From positions 13,510,656-13,574,655 of the forward strand of contig NC_134030.1 of the NCBI RefSeq assembly GCF_964204645.1: 64,000 nucleotides of DNA, read 5' to 3'. The position numbers and the translations under genes were made by a program. The notes under the pieces were generated by a model, which saw only the letters and a list, made by a program, of their open reading frames with translations, had not been told where the DNA came from and ran no database searches. The DNA is from Tubulanus polymorphus. Its lineage: Eukaryota > Animalia > Nemertea. This document shows, piece after piece, positions 24,480 through 37,900 of the stretch (the first letter of the stretch is position 1; each line of letters starts with the position of its first letter).

Positions 24480-24878
24480 GATATTAATTATATTTAACTC
24501 AAGAAGTAATAAAGGTTGAAAATTGTATAAAATAATAGTAAATAAAAAAGGGGGTTTTAAGTATTTAAGTTATCTAATACATATCTAATACATATCTAAT
24601 ACAATCTAATACATAAAATATCTTATTTTATAAACTGATATTCATATGGAAATTGAAACCTCAGTAATAATAAATAACCTTTATTATTTTCAAACTTATT
24701 CATATATTAGTTGAAAAAATAAAAATAAATTGGTTGAAAATTGTATAAATAATATTTATTTTAAAGGGGGTTTTAAGTATTTAAGGTATCTAATAGGGTA
24801 TCAGGTATTAGGGTATCTAATGGGGTATCAGGTATTAGGGTATCTAATAGGGTATCTAATACATAGGTATACAAATTG

Positions 24879-25490
24879 TTATTTTATAAATTTATATTCA
24901 TAGGGAAATTGTAGTCTCAGTAATAATTTTCAACCTTTATTATTCTTTAATTTATTCATATATTCATCATGTAATTCAGTAGGTATAATTTGATTTTCTT
25001 CCAATGATTGTTGCATAGATTTTTTATCTTTGTTATAAAATAAAACTAGAAATCTTATATTCTCCCTAAAGTCTTTAACAATTGAATTATATTTTTGATT
25101 TAAAACCCATGTTGTTATCCCAAAATGTCTTCCAGAGAAAGCTAGATAACATAACTCACTTTCTCTCACTTTTGAATCATGTAAATTTGCGCAATCATCT
25201 ACAATGAATAATGTATTTGATCCTTTATAAGTATCAATTGCTATTTTAATACAATTATCTAAATTTTCTTTTACTGTTTTAGGATTTAATATAATAAACT
25301 TTTTTATCTTAGCTATATCTCTATTATATGTTTTATTCATTTCATAAGTAGGGCAGAATAATATTATATTATCAAAATGATTCTTATAAATAGTTTCTAA
25401 CAAATCTAATATGAAATGTGTTTTACCACAATTGGTTACACCAGTAACTAACATATTATGCGGTTCAAATATAAATAAATCTTTATTCAT
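24879..25490 (-). pseudogene. Packaging ATPase (late premature stop)
   Basis: GVTNCGKT, FIVDD, GRH. Confidence 0.88.
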
Positions 25491-26593
25491 TTATTCTTTT
25501 AATTTTACTTGATAAAATCCATTCATTAAATTTATCATCATATCCTTTATATTTCACCAGAGAATACTTTTTTCCTTTAAGAGTTTTTGTTTTCAATACT
25601 TTTTCTATTTTGTATTCTATTTCATCTGGATTTGGTACAAGTGATAATTCTTGTTCATAGAAATAACCTAATATTTCTTCATCTTTTAGATCTTCTTATT
25701 TATAAACAAATGGTTTAGTTAATATTATCTTTTTAATCTTCAATATTTCTTCAGTAAAATTAGGGGTATAACCTTTATAAAAGGTTTTTCTATATTTAGA
25801 TATTCTTACGTGTTGTCCTATTTTAAATTTAGGTTCTCCGAAATCATGTGTAACAAACGCTCGATATAAATTATTCCAAACTATTTCCGAATTATCTTCT
25901 TTTCTAGCTTGTATAGGTTTCATATTTATAGAACTATGTTTAGAATTATTATAACCTTTCACTAAATCATCTAACACATCGATATATTTATATGTTTCAT
26001 TAGCAGTAAAATATTTCCACATTCTAGTTTTCAATGTTTTATTAAATCTTTCTATAATAGATGGTTTTTTATCTGAGTGTGTTGAAAAATAATCTACATC
26101 GTTATCAGATAATAGTTTTTTAAAATGTTTGTTATAAAATTCTTTACCTTCATCAAATTGTATCTTATCTGGAATAGCTTCTTTAAATATAAATTTAAAA
26201 GCATTTGTCACTTCTATTCCAGTTTTATTTTTGATTGGAATTGACCATGCGTATCGACTGAATATGTCTATAACATTTAATATCCAGAAATCTTTTGTTG
26301 TATTTTTCTAAGTTCTTCATGTCAATTAAATCTGCTTGCCATTGTTGATCGATATATGAAACCATAACTTTTCTTGTTAAATAAGTTTTATCCATTTTCT
26401 TGTGGATTTGATATGTTGGTTGATTTTGTAACCATGATTTCAATTCACTATATTTTATATCACCATGTGGGTGCCGTACTGCACCATTTTCATTATCAGA
26501 TTTAATTTTATTCCATAATTCTGAAACGTTAGAATATGATACTTCACTTTCTGGGTTATAATATAACTCTCTTAAATATTGTTCTTTTTTCAT
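25483..26593 (-). pseudogene. rve integrase with chromodomain (frameshift and stop)
   Basis: QWQADLIDM, QFDEGKEF, IERFNKTL. Confidence 0.9.
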
Positions 26594-26883
26594 CTTATTT
26601 TAATCCATTAATAATAATTCAGATTTAGTTTCAATGGCTTTATGATTTGATTTATTTTCTGGTATGATAGGTTTATTGTCATTGGAATCATCTTTATCAT
26701 CAGATTTGAATTTTGATTTATATATTACGCCGGATAATATAATAACTGTTACTAATCCAATTGTAATATATAATTTATAATTACTTCCAGCATTAGAAGA
26801 ATCAGATGGCTTATTATTTGAATCAATATCAGATAAAGTCTGTGATTCATTTATATCAGTTAATTTCTTTTTCTTAGCTTTTT

Positions 26884-29102
26884 TAGGCCAGCCGTAGGCT
26901 GAGCCTATTACTATACAAATGGAGCGAATTTAAATGACATGGTTTCCACACAAAAGGCTCTTTTGCTTGCCAAGTGAGGGCATATTCGAACAAATCACGT
27001 ATTTAAGCGTAATCCATTCTCGGAATCGTAGCGAGCAGAATTTTGAAATAGGGTCTCATAAAAATGTTTTCTGCATTTTTCACGAAAGTTAAATCGGGAA
27101 AATTTCAATTTTTATCAGCCAATCAGGATGTTGTGTCTTCCCTGTGATTGGTTTATCTGAAAATATCAGCAGCTGTTCACGTGAATTATCGCGATTTCAT
27201 TACTGGCGCTTTTGCGCATGACGACAATACTTCCGCGTTCGCTACGTGTTCGCTGATTGGCCCATTTACTAGGAAATTCCACAGAAGCCTAATGTGGTTT
27301 GTTACAAGCGCTGTGATTGGCCCGACCCGATTCTGGCATGGCTTTAGCTTAGTGGGTTCGAATCCCTTGACGGGTGAAGATGATGGATCCTATCAATATC
27401 TATTGAAACAAATAAGTTTCCCGGTTGGGCAGCTGCGGATATCTACCGGAAGTGTTCCGGTTCGATATTTCGAGGTTTCTTTGAATTTTGGAGTGATATT
27501 GAAATCCGGTAATACCAGCGGTAGATTGTGAAAACCCATTGCATGATATTTGTATTACTTAATCAACGAAAAGCGTCGGGGCCGCGCCAGGAGTTTTCGT
27601 GATTCAAGTAGCGCAATAGCCTACTTCTTCGTGTTCGTCCACCTCAATTTTCACTCCGGCGATCTCTGACACGGCTCTGTCCCCGTCGGCGCTGTGATTT
27701 CACTTTCGTACCACCAAAATTTTTTATTTCTATATCAGGGAGGTCTGGAGAATAAAAAAGTCAAAATTTGGATATCACATAGGCCTGATTTCATCGAATA
27801 AGTCGACCATGGTCGTTACGTTTCCGTACTTATTACCACCTAAAACCCTCTGAACAATTTTGTCACAACCAACATTTCGTTTACAGAAATCAGGTGTTCA
27901 CGTGAATCCGCGGTATCGTCTACTGTTTTACTTCCGGGTTTTATTTTAAGATTTAAAATTGTATTTCAAGATCGATTTCTATGAAATCTTTAGTTGATTT
28001 GGTGTTTGGGAGGAATTTTTATTTGCTCTACAGAAAATTCATCCTTGACAATTGCGCAAGGTTCGCGAAAAAAAGGTTTTACCAAATCGGGTGTATGGCC
28101 TTGATATGCTAATTAGCCATGTGCCCGAATTGCAAATTCAATCAAATTTTATTCTGCCAAAAAATGTTAAATACAATTCGCTTTCCGAGAGTTAATGGTA
28201 TGCTGCATGGAACAAAGTTGTTTTGAGATGGGTCTTGAAGCTATTGAGGTCGAGAGATAACCATCTAGATAGTTCGTGAGAGTTCCAAAGTTTTGAAGAC
28301 GCTTCAAGGTAATGTCTTGATATTTGTTTTATACGTGTATCTACCCTAGACACATCTTCAGGCCAAAAACTGGCCCTGTCAGATTCAAGATGGCCGACTG
28401 GCAGCCATTGTTGTTCGCCAAAATCAGCACTTTTTACACATTTTTGAAGTTTTCGAGGGAAATTTTGAAGACACTTTTATCAATAACCTTGATCATTCGT
28501 ATATATTTGTATCCCCCGAGGGACAATCGGCATGAGAAAAATTGAGTCGATCGGACTCAAGATGGCCGTACTGTGACCTTTTTTGTTCCCAAAAATGTCA
28601 ATTTTGGCCTGAATTCTGAGTACTGTAGCTTTCTAATGGTGCGCCATGTTTCATTGCAATTTGTAATGGGTATTCTTTGGAAAGGGATCTTTTATATCCG
28701 AGAGGGTATTTTTGACCAGGCAATTATGACGCACTTGACAGCCATCTTGGGGTCATCAGTACTCATTCGTAGGTGGAAAAAAAGTTTTTCCACATCATAA
28801 TTGATACTTAAGCATATTTTGCTACTATAATCAATTGGAAAGTTGTAGCTCATGACATGTTCTATGATCGAGGTGAGTTTCAAGCTCATTGGTTTTTTTT
28901 ATGGCCACCAGGGGGCGTTGAACAATACAATAACTTAGTATTTCTATATTACATTCGTTCCTGCTGTCTGTTTTAACACACGATTTTACTATGTAAATGA
29001 TATTGAGCAGGGAGTGTATGTTGATAAATATAACCCACAGATTACATCATTTATAAAAAGCAAATCTGACAGGCTGGCCATTGTGCCCCTTGGGGCTCTT
29101 GT
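26884..29102 (+). mobile_element. Non-autonomous Helentron/Helitron2-like element, family 1
   Basis: Inserted in a T-run without a clear TSD. 5' hairpin AGGCCAGCCGTAGGCTGAGCCT, 3' subterminal IR GGCTGGCC, then hairpin GCCCC-TT-GGGGC. Splits the ORF homologous to 42456-42824. Confidence 0.8.
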
Positions 29103-29192
29103 TTAATTCTGCAGATCTTTTACCTAATTCTCTTGCCCATTTAATTTGTTTTTCAGATCTAGCCTTTTTCTTAACGCTATCACTCATTTATT

Positions 29193-29776
29193 TTAGTTAA
29201 TTTTTTGTTCTGATTCATTTTCTTTTTCGACGTTTGGTTGTAGTACATCTGTTTCGTTCTTACCTGATTTATATTCCATAGGCTTGATGTTCGAAAATGT
29301 TATGACGCCAGTAGAAATTAATGTCATAACCGATCCTAATTGAAATGAAGCATAACCAACCCATTTTTGTAATTCAGTCATAACTAAGTAATCATTTTTT
29401 AAATCACTATATAATTTATTTTCATCATCAATTGGTATTAACTGGTTACATAATTTAGAGTAACATTTGACAATACCATCTAAAATAGAATCATTTATTC
29501 GGGCTAATCTTGCCTCTTCATAAATCTTAAAATATTTTATTACTTTATCTGGTTTCATAGCATCTAATTCTTGAAAAGTAATAATTCTATTTAAAAACTC
29601 TTTAGTTTTTCCACCGGCAATCAATAGTTCTAGATGATGCTTACAATATAAATAGTATTCATAATCTATATTACAATTAACTTGAGCACAATTAGTTACA
29701 ACTGTATCTTTATTATCACTTATACCCAAATCATCTTTTCAATATCAATACTATTCTTACTCGATTTCTTTGACAT
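29193..29776 (-). pseudogene. Homolog of 41849-42463
   Basis: Near-identical protein with a lesion near the 5' end. Confidence 0.7.
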
Positions 29777-30083
29777 TTATATTAGAGAAAAAAGCAAAAA
29801 AAAATATAAGTATTATAAAATGATACCAGTATCTCTTTAGATTAATACTAGTTAGTTAAAGGTAAAGAATTTTAGTATTAGTTATTGTTTTTTTAGTATT
29901 TTTTATTTGCGATATAAAGTATTCCCTTTTGAAAAGAATTGTAAAAGAAAATGTTAAAAATTAAAATAGAAATAATGGCTAGTTGAAGTTATTTTTTTTT
30001 AAAATATTTTATTTGAATTCTATTTGATATCTCACTACTTTTGTTTATCTATTAGGAGCAGTAATTATAACTGTCCACATAAG

Positions 30084-30761
30084 TCATTTCGGATCCTTGA
30101 TATCAAATTCCTCAACGTATTTTTCATTATTTGGATCATTGTTCCATTGATCAATAAATTTCTTTGCCTTTGTTAACTGTTCTAAATATAACTGTAAATC
30201 TAGTTTATTAGATTTAATTATGTTTTCCTTCTTTTCCAAAGGTCTTAAATTCTTCCAATTCCAAATAAGTTTTTTATTGTATTCATCATTCATGTTAAAT
30301 TTAGAAATCGGTAACGTATGATCAATATGAAAGTATTCACCATAATTATCTATATTCATTTTATCGTCGAATCGATATACAATCCATGATTTAAGAAATT
30401 TATCTGAACAACCCAATAAATTAGATAGTGTTTCTGAATGCGTTTCTTTGTTGAATAATTGTGTTAATCTAGATCTTAAGCATTGTTTCAATCTAAAATT
30501 AAGATCTGTTTGATATCTTTCTCTCATATATTCTGTCATATAATCATAATAAGCTTCTCTATTATCTTCTCAATATTGTTTGGTATATAGTTTAAAACAA
30601 GTTTTACAACAATATTGAAAACCATCTTTGCTAATCTTACACTTACTAAATTCTGTTAAAGCTAATTTGTCTAATTCACATTTAGAACACTTCTTGTAAT
30701 ATATATTTATAACACCAGTGTTATTTGTAATATTGATAGTTTGTGGTTGTTCTGGTTCCAT
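30084..30761 (-). pseudogene. Zinc-ribbon + HNH-type endonuclease (split)
   Basis: CSKC..CKTC, then LLGC, NYGEYFHIDHTLP and WKNLRPLEKKENIIKSNK. Confidence 0.7.
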
Positions 30762-32154
30762 TTATTATACGTATTTTTTACTAAATTGGTTAATATTTTA
30801 AAATCCTCTTCCATTTCTTCGACCAACGTCATCCTTTTTCATTCCTCGCTGCTTTTGATAAGTTGTTTCGATTCCTTGATATCTAAATCATACCAGTTAC
30901 AATACCCGCGTCACATGCGGACATACAGGCGCGCTTTTGCTTAATGCACATGTGTTAATCATAATCATATATTCATTCTATAAATTCTGTAAAATAGAAA
31001 CAACACATGCGTCACATGCGGCCATTGATGTCCGGTTTTGCTTAATGCACATGTTTTAATCATAATTATATATTCATTCTATAAATTCTGTAAAATAGAA
31101 ACAACTGAACATAGAAAATTCAAACGCGTTCATGTCCGCGTCACATGCGTTACATGTGTCAGTCACATGCGGCCATTTATGGCCGGTTTTGCTTAATGCG
31201 CATGCGCTAATCATAATAGAAACGACTGAACATAAAAATTCACCAAACAGATTTACACAATACATTATACAAGTTGTTCAGTCGTTTCTTCTTATACATC
31301 ATTTGATTTCTATAAATACAATTTATAATTACAAGCATTTTTTTAATTGCTGGTAAATATTTAACTACATCAACAAATGTTAAACTTAATCATTGGAGTC
31401 TTAATGTTTTTGAAATTCTTATATAGTTTCTTCGTCGATCTTTTGGCGATTCTTGTGTTTCTTGTGCTAATTTCTATTGGTTCGATATCCATTGCTGTTG
31501 ATTCCTCAGTCAGAAAGAGTATCTTGAGTTTCTCTATCACTTCTTGATGCGTATGGCGTTTTATTAATGTAAAAGATATTAGCGGCAATTCTAGCCATCT
31601 AAAAGATATACTAAATACACTTAAATATATCTAAAGGTTTCATATTTAATAGTCCTAATAACTACAAAAAACAGTACTTACATTTAGATTTAGAATTGTA
31701 AACTATAAACTCCTAATTTCGTTTCGAGAGATAGAATATCCTGAGCGTTTTGTTACAGTGGATATTCAGTTCCTGCCACGTCATCTGGTTCCGGCACACC
31801 TTTCTAGAATGTTCTCTACACGTTTGCAATATTATGACTCATATGTCTCGGCGTCATAGTAACAGCTGTAACAGCTGTGAATTTATAGATTTATTCAATA
31901 GTTCATTACATGAAATGTATATAGGCTCAAATAGAATCATATGCTAGTATAAACAGCTATGCATTATTTCAATCACACTTTACTAACACTTTTAATGTTT
32001 AAAAATCTAACTCATACAAATATGAATATTGAAATAATGTTGTAAATATATCTATATATCTATTCTATAAGAGCTTACACTTTTAAATTGAATAATCTGT
32101 CAATTTAAATGTTATTCATTTATATTTTATTCATGTATATGTGAATATTTTAAG

Positions 32155-32342
32155 AGTAATAGGGATAATAGGCTTTCAGGTTAAAGGTTGAAGGGGCGTG
32201 TGAGTAAAAAATGAAAATAATAATAATTTACAGTTGAATTAGGAGTTTGCGCGACTAATTCAACTGTAAATTATTGTTATTTTCATTTCTTACGAGCTCG
32301 ACCGTTCGACCTTTGATCTGAAAGCCTATTATCCCTATTACT
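32155..32342. repeat. Terminal imperfect palindrome (~188 bp) of copy B
   Basis: AGTAATAGGGATAATAGGCTTTCAG ... CTGAAAGCCTATTATCCCTATTACT with loop GAGTTTGCGCGA. Confidence 0.9.
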
Positions 32343-32630
32343 GCAGTCCGCAAGGTTCGTGGGGTTCTTTCGCAGGAGGTTGATAGGCAGACACGTGTGG
32401 TTAGCCACCGACATTCAGACGGTCAGGGCCTATCTTGAGAACCAGGGAGGGACCAGATCGGTTACGCTTACCGACCTTACGAAGGAGATTCTCATCTGGT
32501 GTCAGGCCCGAGGGATTCACCTGTCTGTGGTTCACCTGGCGGGCAAGAGGAACTTTGTTGCCGACGCCCTGTCCCGTCAGGATGCGGCCATTTCTACGGA
32601 ATGGTCGCTTCATCCAGAGGTGGCAGTTCG
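32343..32630 (+). pseudogene. DIRS-type retrotransposon RNase H fragment
   Basis: ATD..TVRAYLENQGGTRS..L..WC..HLAGKRNFVADALSR..EWSL is the DIRS1 RNase H signature; higher GC than the flanks. Confidence 0.8.
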
Positions 32631-34303
32631 AGTAATTGGAATATCAGGGCTTCAGATCAGAGGGCGAGAGGGCGACATACCACTCATCACCACAAGTATT
32701 TTTTTAATAAATGGGAAATAGAAAAGCATTCTTAGTGACAATAAATAACAGAATAACACCAGCAAAAAAACAATTTGAAATAAAAAAGTTAGTCGATGTT
32801 ACAAAAGAAATTGTACATTAAATATTGAAATTAGAAAAGGTAAAAACTAAATATGGAGATAAAATATCAGCAAATTTAAGTTACTGTAATGTTAGTACAA
32901 CGCGAGAATTTAAAGTATTTTTACCTGATAAATGGGTTTCATTGAGTACAGAGGAATTAAAAGATTTAGAAGGATTTAAAATAATCCATCATGGAAAAAA
33001 TGAAGACGGGCAACATGATTTAAAATTTGTTGATTAAATAAAAAAATAAATTGATAATAAGATTAATTAAATATTAAGAATCCGAAATAACTTATCTGGA
33101 CAATTTAATTGCTCCGCATAGATAGACAAAAGTAGTGAGATATTTAATTAATTAAAAATGAAATTATTTTTATGCTATTTTTCTAAAATATTAATCCATT
33201 TTTTGTGAATTTTGGAATTCCGGAAGTACTTTATTTTATATTAATAGTAGTTTCAGAATTATTGATATCATAAATTTTATTTGATTTTTTATACCAACTA
33301 TATCCAATCAAAATGAATACAATTATAAATCCAGTTGTAAAATATAAATATTTATCAAATATTCTATTATCAGAAGGAGTAGAAATAACAATATTTTTAC
33401 CATTTTTGTTAACATCTTTATTATTTATTTTTTCTTTTATAGCTTTTTTAAATTCTCTTGATTTAATTCCTAATTGCCGAGACCATTCAATTTTTTTCCG
33501 AGTTCTCGGTTTTTTCTTCACAGTTAATCCTTTCACCTCTTCCACTTCGCTCATTTATCGTAGAAAGATTTTTACTTTCAATATTTGAAAATGTTATAAC
33601 TCCAGTTGATAATAACGTCATAAATCCACCTAATTGAAATCATAAATATCCAATTCATTTATTTAATTCAGTCATGACTAAATAATCATTTTTTAAATCA
33701 AAACATAATTTATTTTCATCTTGAATTGGTAGCATATATTTACATAATTTACAATAACCTTTTACTACATTTTCTGATATCGCATCATTAATTCTAGCTA
33801 TTCTCGCAGTTTCATAAATCTTTGATAATTTAATAATTTCATCTGATTTCATTGTATCTAATTCATTATAAGTTAAATTTTTACTAATAAAACTTTTACA
33901 TTTCCCAGATGCTTTTAATATTTCTAATTGATGTTTGCAATAAAGATAATATTCATAATTATTGTTTGTAGTAATATCATTTAAAGCACCATTATTATCT
34001 GCTGTTAATTTTGTTTCTGTTATACCTAAATCATCCAAATTCTTTTCAATTGGAACATCACTATTTTTAGATTTTATTTTCTTTTCACCTCCCATTTATA
34101 TAACAAAAAAATTAATTGTGTTGTTGCAACTAGAATTTAACTAGAATGTAACTAAAAATATACTAGATTAACAAGCAAGTTGAAATATTATTGTTTTTAT
34201 TTATTTCTTGTTGAATTTTATTTTATTTTTGTTTCAACTACCTTTAACTAGAATTCAACTAGAATGTAACTAAAAATATAATAGATTAACAAGCTAGTTG
34301 AAT

Positions 34304-34905
34304 TTAAATAAATTCATATTTAAATGGGTGTTGTAATCGAAATAGTAATTTTGATCTTTTATTATTTATCGATTTATCCATATATTCATTATGTAAACCA
34401 TGTGGAATAATATCATTTTCCTCAAATGCATTTTTCATCGATTTTCTATTTTTATTGTAGAATAATACTAATAGTTTTCTCTAAAATCTTTAACAATTGA
34501 ATTATATTTTTGATTTAAAACCCACGTTGTTATCCCAAAATGTCTTCCAGAGAAAGCTAAATAACATAATTCACTCTCTCTAATTTTTGAATCATGTAAA
34601 TTTGCACAATCATCTATGATAAATAATGTATTTGTTCCTTTATGAATATCAATTGCTTTTTAAATACAATTATCTCAATTTTCTTTAACTGTTTTAGGAT
34701 CTAATACAATAAATTTATAATTTCTAGTAATATTTCTATCATAAGTTTGATTAAATTCATACGTTGGACAAAATAATACTATATTATCAAAATAGTTTTT
34801 ATAAACAGTTTCTAATAAATTTAATATAAAATAAGTTTTTCCCAAACTTGTTACTCCAGAAATAAACATATTATGAGGCTCAAATATAAATGATTCCTTA
34901 TTCAT
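34304..34905 (-). pseudogene. Packaging ATPase (broken)
   Basis: GVTSLGKT; homologous to 8865-9473. Confidence 0.8.
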
Positions 34906-37900
34906 TTATATATTTTTAATTTTACTCGATAATATCCATTCATTGAATTTATCTGGCCATTCAACCCATTTTACTAAAGAATATTTTTTTTCTATTAACA
35001 TTTTTTGTTTTTAATACTTTTTCAATTCTATATTCTTGTTCTAGATTTTCAGTAGTTAAACTTAATTCTTCTTCATAAAAGTACCCATCAACTTCTTCAC
35101 CATCTAAATCTTCTAATTTATAGACACACGGTTTTCTCTAGTAAATTTACGATCGTATCCTTTGTCCAATATATTTTTATACTTAGAAATTCTAACATTT
35201 TGACCAACTTTGAATTTAGGTTCACCAAAATCATCTACAAGAAATGCTCCGTATAAATTATTCCAAACAATTTCAGCATTTTCAGGTTTTCTAGCATCAA
35301 CAGATTTCATTCCAATAGAAGAATGATACGAATTATTATAACCTTCTATCATTTTTGGAAAAAGATCAATCCATTTATAAGTATTATTTGCTGTAAAATA
35401 TTTCCACATTCTTGTTCTTAATCTTCTATTAAATCGTTCAACAACTGCTGCTTTTTTATCCGATCTTGAAAAATATTCAATATTATGATAATCTAAGAGT
35501 TCATGAACAGATGAATTATCAAATTCTTTTCCATCACCAAATTGTATTTTTTCTGGCTTTATTTTACCACCTAAAAGAAATTTTCTTAAAAAAATTGATG
35601 TTTGTACAGCATCTTTTCTGTAAAGTGGGAAGCTCCACACATAACGACTAAAAATATCAATTATAATCAATATCCACAAATAATCATTATTATCTTTTTT
35701 AAGATTTTTCATATCAATTAAATCTCCTTGCCCCTGTTGATCTACATAACTTACCATAGTTTTACGAGTTTTATAAGCGCACAGCAAAGAATATTCACAA
35801 AATATTGTCAAAAAATGTTATTTTTAGTTCGTATTTCTCCGTAGAAACCGATTGGAAGACTGGATTCGAATCCCACAAAAAGCACAGTCCCTTAGCAACG
35901 GGTCGAATTTTTTAGAATAACAAGCGCGCCGGTTTCACAGCATCACTAAGGGTCGAGTCCCGAAGAATAACGCGTGCGCGCGGTCCGCGTGTTACAAAAT
36001 GACCGACCCGCCCCACACACAAGAACTGAATAATTAACTAAAAATTTTGCCAATCCTTGGGAGTAAAATGCCGTTCGTTTTTTAACATATCGTATCTTTT
36101 TTTTACTCCCGTTTTTCAAACGTTATTCCCCTTTTCCGTTTCGAATAAAATTCGCTATAAAAGTAATAATCCGTATTTAAAATACCGTTGTTCCATTAAT
36201 TCCGTACCCATGCAACCCGTTGATATAAATTTTATTCTCGTGAAATCCATAAAACAATAGTCTCTCAATATGTAATCAACATTCCAAAACTCCCACGTTG
36301 TTTTTTGCAGAAAATGATTTTAAAAATTTAATCACGGGTCCCTTAATTCGCCTGAAGAACTATCATAATTTGGGGTGATAATTTTCTTTGGTCTCGCCAC
36401 CGGGTGCCTTCCTTCGGCAAAACCTACATATTTTACAATGTAGAACTAGTGGGAACAAATTGCTTGTGTAAAACATATAAAACCGTTAAAGCCGTTCGTA
36501 GAACATATCTGACGATACAGAAAGATTTATTGTCGTATGAAAGATAAAACAAACAAGGCTTTCAATTTGTAATTAACACTCCCAAAGCATGTTTTTTTTC
36601 GCAAAGAATTCCTTTTCTATATTTGATCACGGCGAATCTTCGCTCATAGATCTTCGATCTCTTGGGTGATTTTCTTTGGCCACAGACCACGCCGAACACA
36701 GGTGCCCCCGCGAAACCTATGTTTTTTTACAATGTAGAATTCTATATGAGTTGGGAAGGGCACTCGCCTCTATTTATTTATTCATTAAAACTTAAGACTG
36801 GCTGTGCGCTTCATCAAGTTTCGACTTAGACATATTAAGCGCACAGCGAGCGCAGAAGGCGCGAGCTGGAAGCTCCTTAAGTTAATCTCGCGTATGAGGC
36901 AAATTCAAATTTTCTATATTTCTCCATACCGTCCTCAAAAAATGTAGTTTACATCCGGGACACATGGGCATTGGCTAAATCGTGGCAACAAAAATGACGG
37001 TCACGGACGGACTTTCGTCGAGACTTCCTGGCCGCGACGAGCGGGCAGTTTAAATACGTGAATGAAGGATAATCAAAATGATTTTGTGTAATTTGTAGAA
37101 TATTTACAAAGAATATTCACAAAATATTGTCAAAAATGTTATTGTCAGTTCGTATTTCTCCGTAGAAACCGATTGGAAGACTGGATTCGAATCCCACAAA
37201 AAGCCACAGTCCCTAGCAACGGGTCGAATTTTTTAGAATAACAAGCGCGCCGGTTTCACAGCTTCACTAAGGGTAGAGTCCCGGAGAATAAGGTGCGCGC
37301 GCGGTCTGCGCGTTACAAAATGACCGTCCCGCCCCATACAAGTACTGAATAATTAACTCAAAATTTTGCCTATCCCTGGGAGTAAAATGCCGCGTTTTTG
37401 TAACATATCTTATATTAATGTGTCTTTTACTCCCTTGACACATTATTCCCCTTTTCCGTTTCGAGTAAAATTCGTATACGCTATAATCCGTATTTAAAAT
37501 GCCGTTTTTCCATTAATTCCGTACCAATGCAACCCGTTGTAATACTTAGGAGAAATCTTTAGTGTAAAACATATAAAACTATTGAAGCCATGAGATTTAA
37601 TGTAGAAATCTGACTTTTTTTAACTCAAGAAAAATCCATTCTCGTGTAATCGATAAAACAATAGGCTCTCAATATGTAATCAACGTTCCCAAACTCCCAC
37701 GTTGTTTTTCGCAGAAAATGATTTAAAAAAAAATTTCATCACGGGTCCCTTAATTCGCTCGAAGGTCTATCATATTTTGGGTGATTTTCTTTGGTCACGC
37801 CACCGGGTGCCTTCCTTCAGCAAAACCTACATTTTTTACAATGTAGAACTTTAAAACAAATTTCTTGTGTAAAACATAAACTGTTAAAGCCGTTCGTAGA

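Larger units (their letters stand above)
17181..32342 (+). mobile_element. Polinton-like copy B (left end and PolB missing)
   Basis: Same gene order as copy C in the opposite orientation; ends in a hairpin finishing ...CCCTATTACT at 32342. Confidence 0.88.

Noticed and set aside
27350-27370. GGTTCGAATCCC tRNA T-loop/B-box-like motifs (also ~35861, ~38789)
   Set aside because: No cloverleaf or acceptor stem could be built; at most SINE-like remnants.
27148-28889. Short ORFs inside the family-1 insert (and 43140-45378)
   Set aside because: No Rep/helicase or other motifs; frames are not preserved between the two copies.
12173-32631. A and D termini as the two ends of one element
   Set aside because: They face away from each other, and their flanks (CATGGT vs AGTTCG) are not a duplication.
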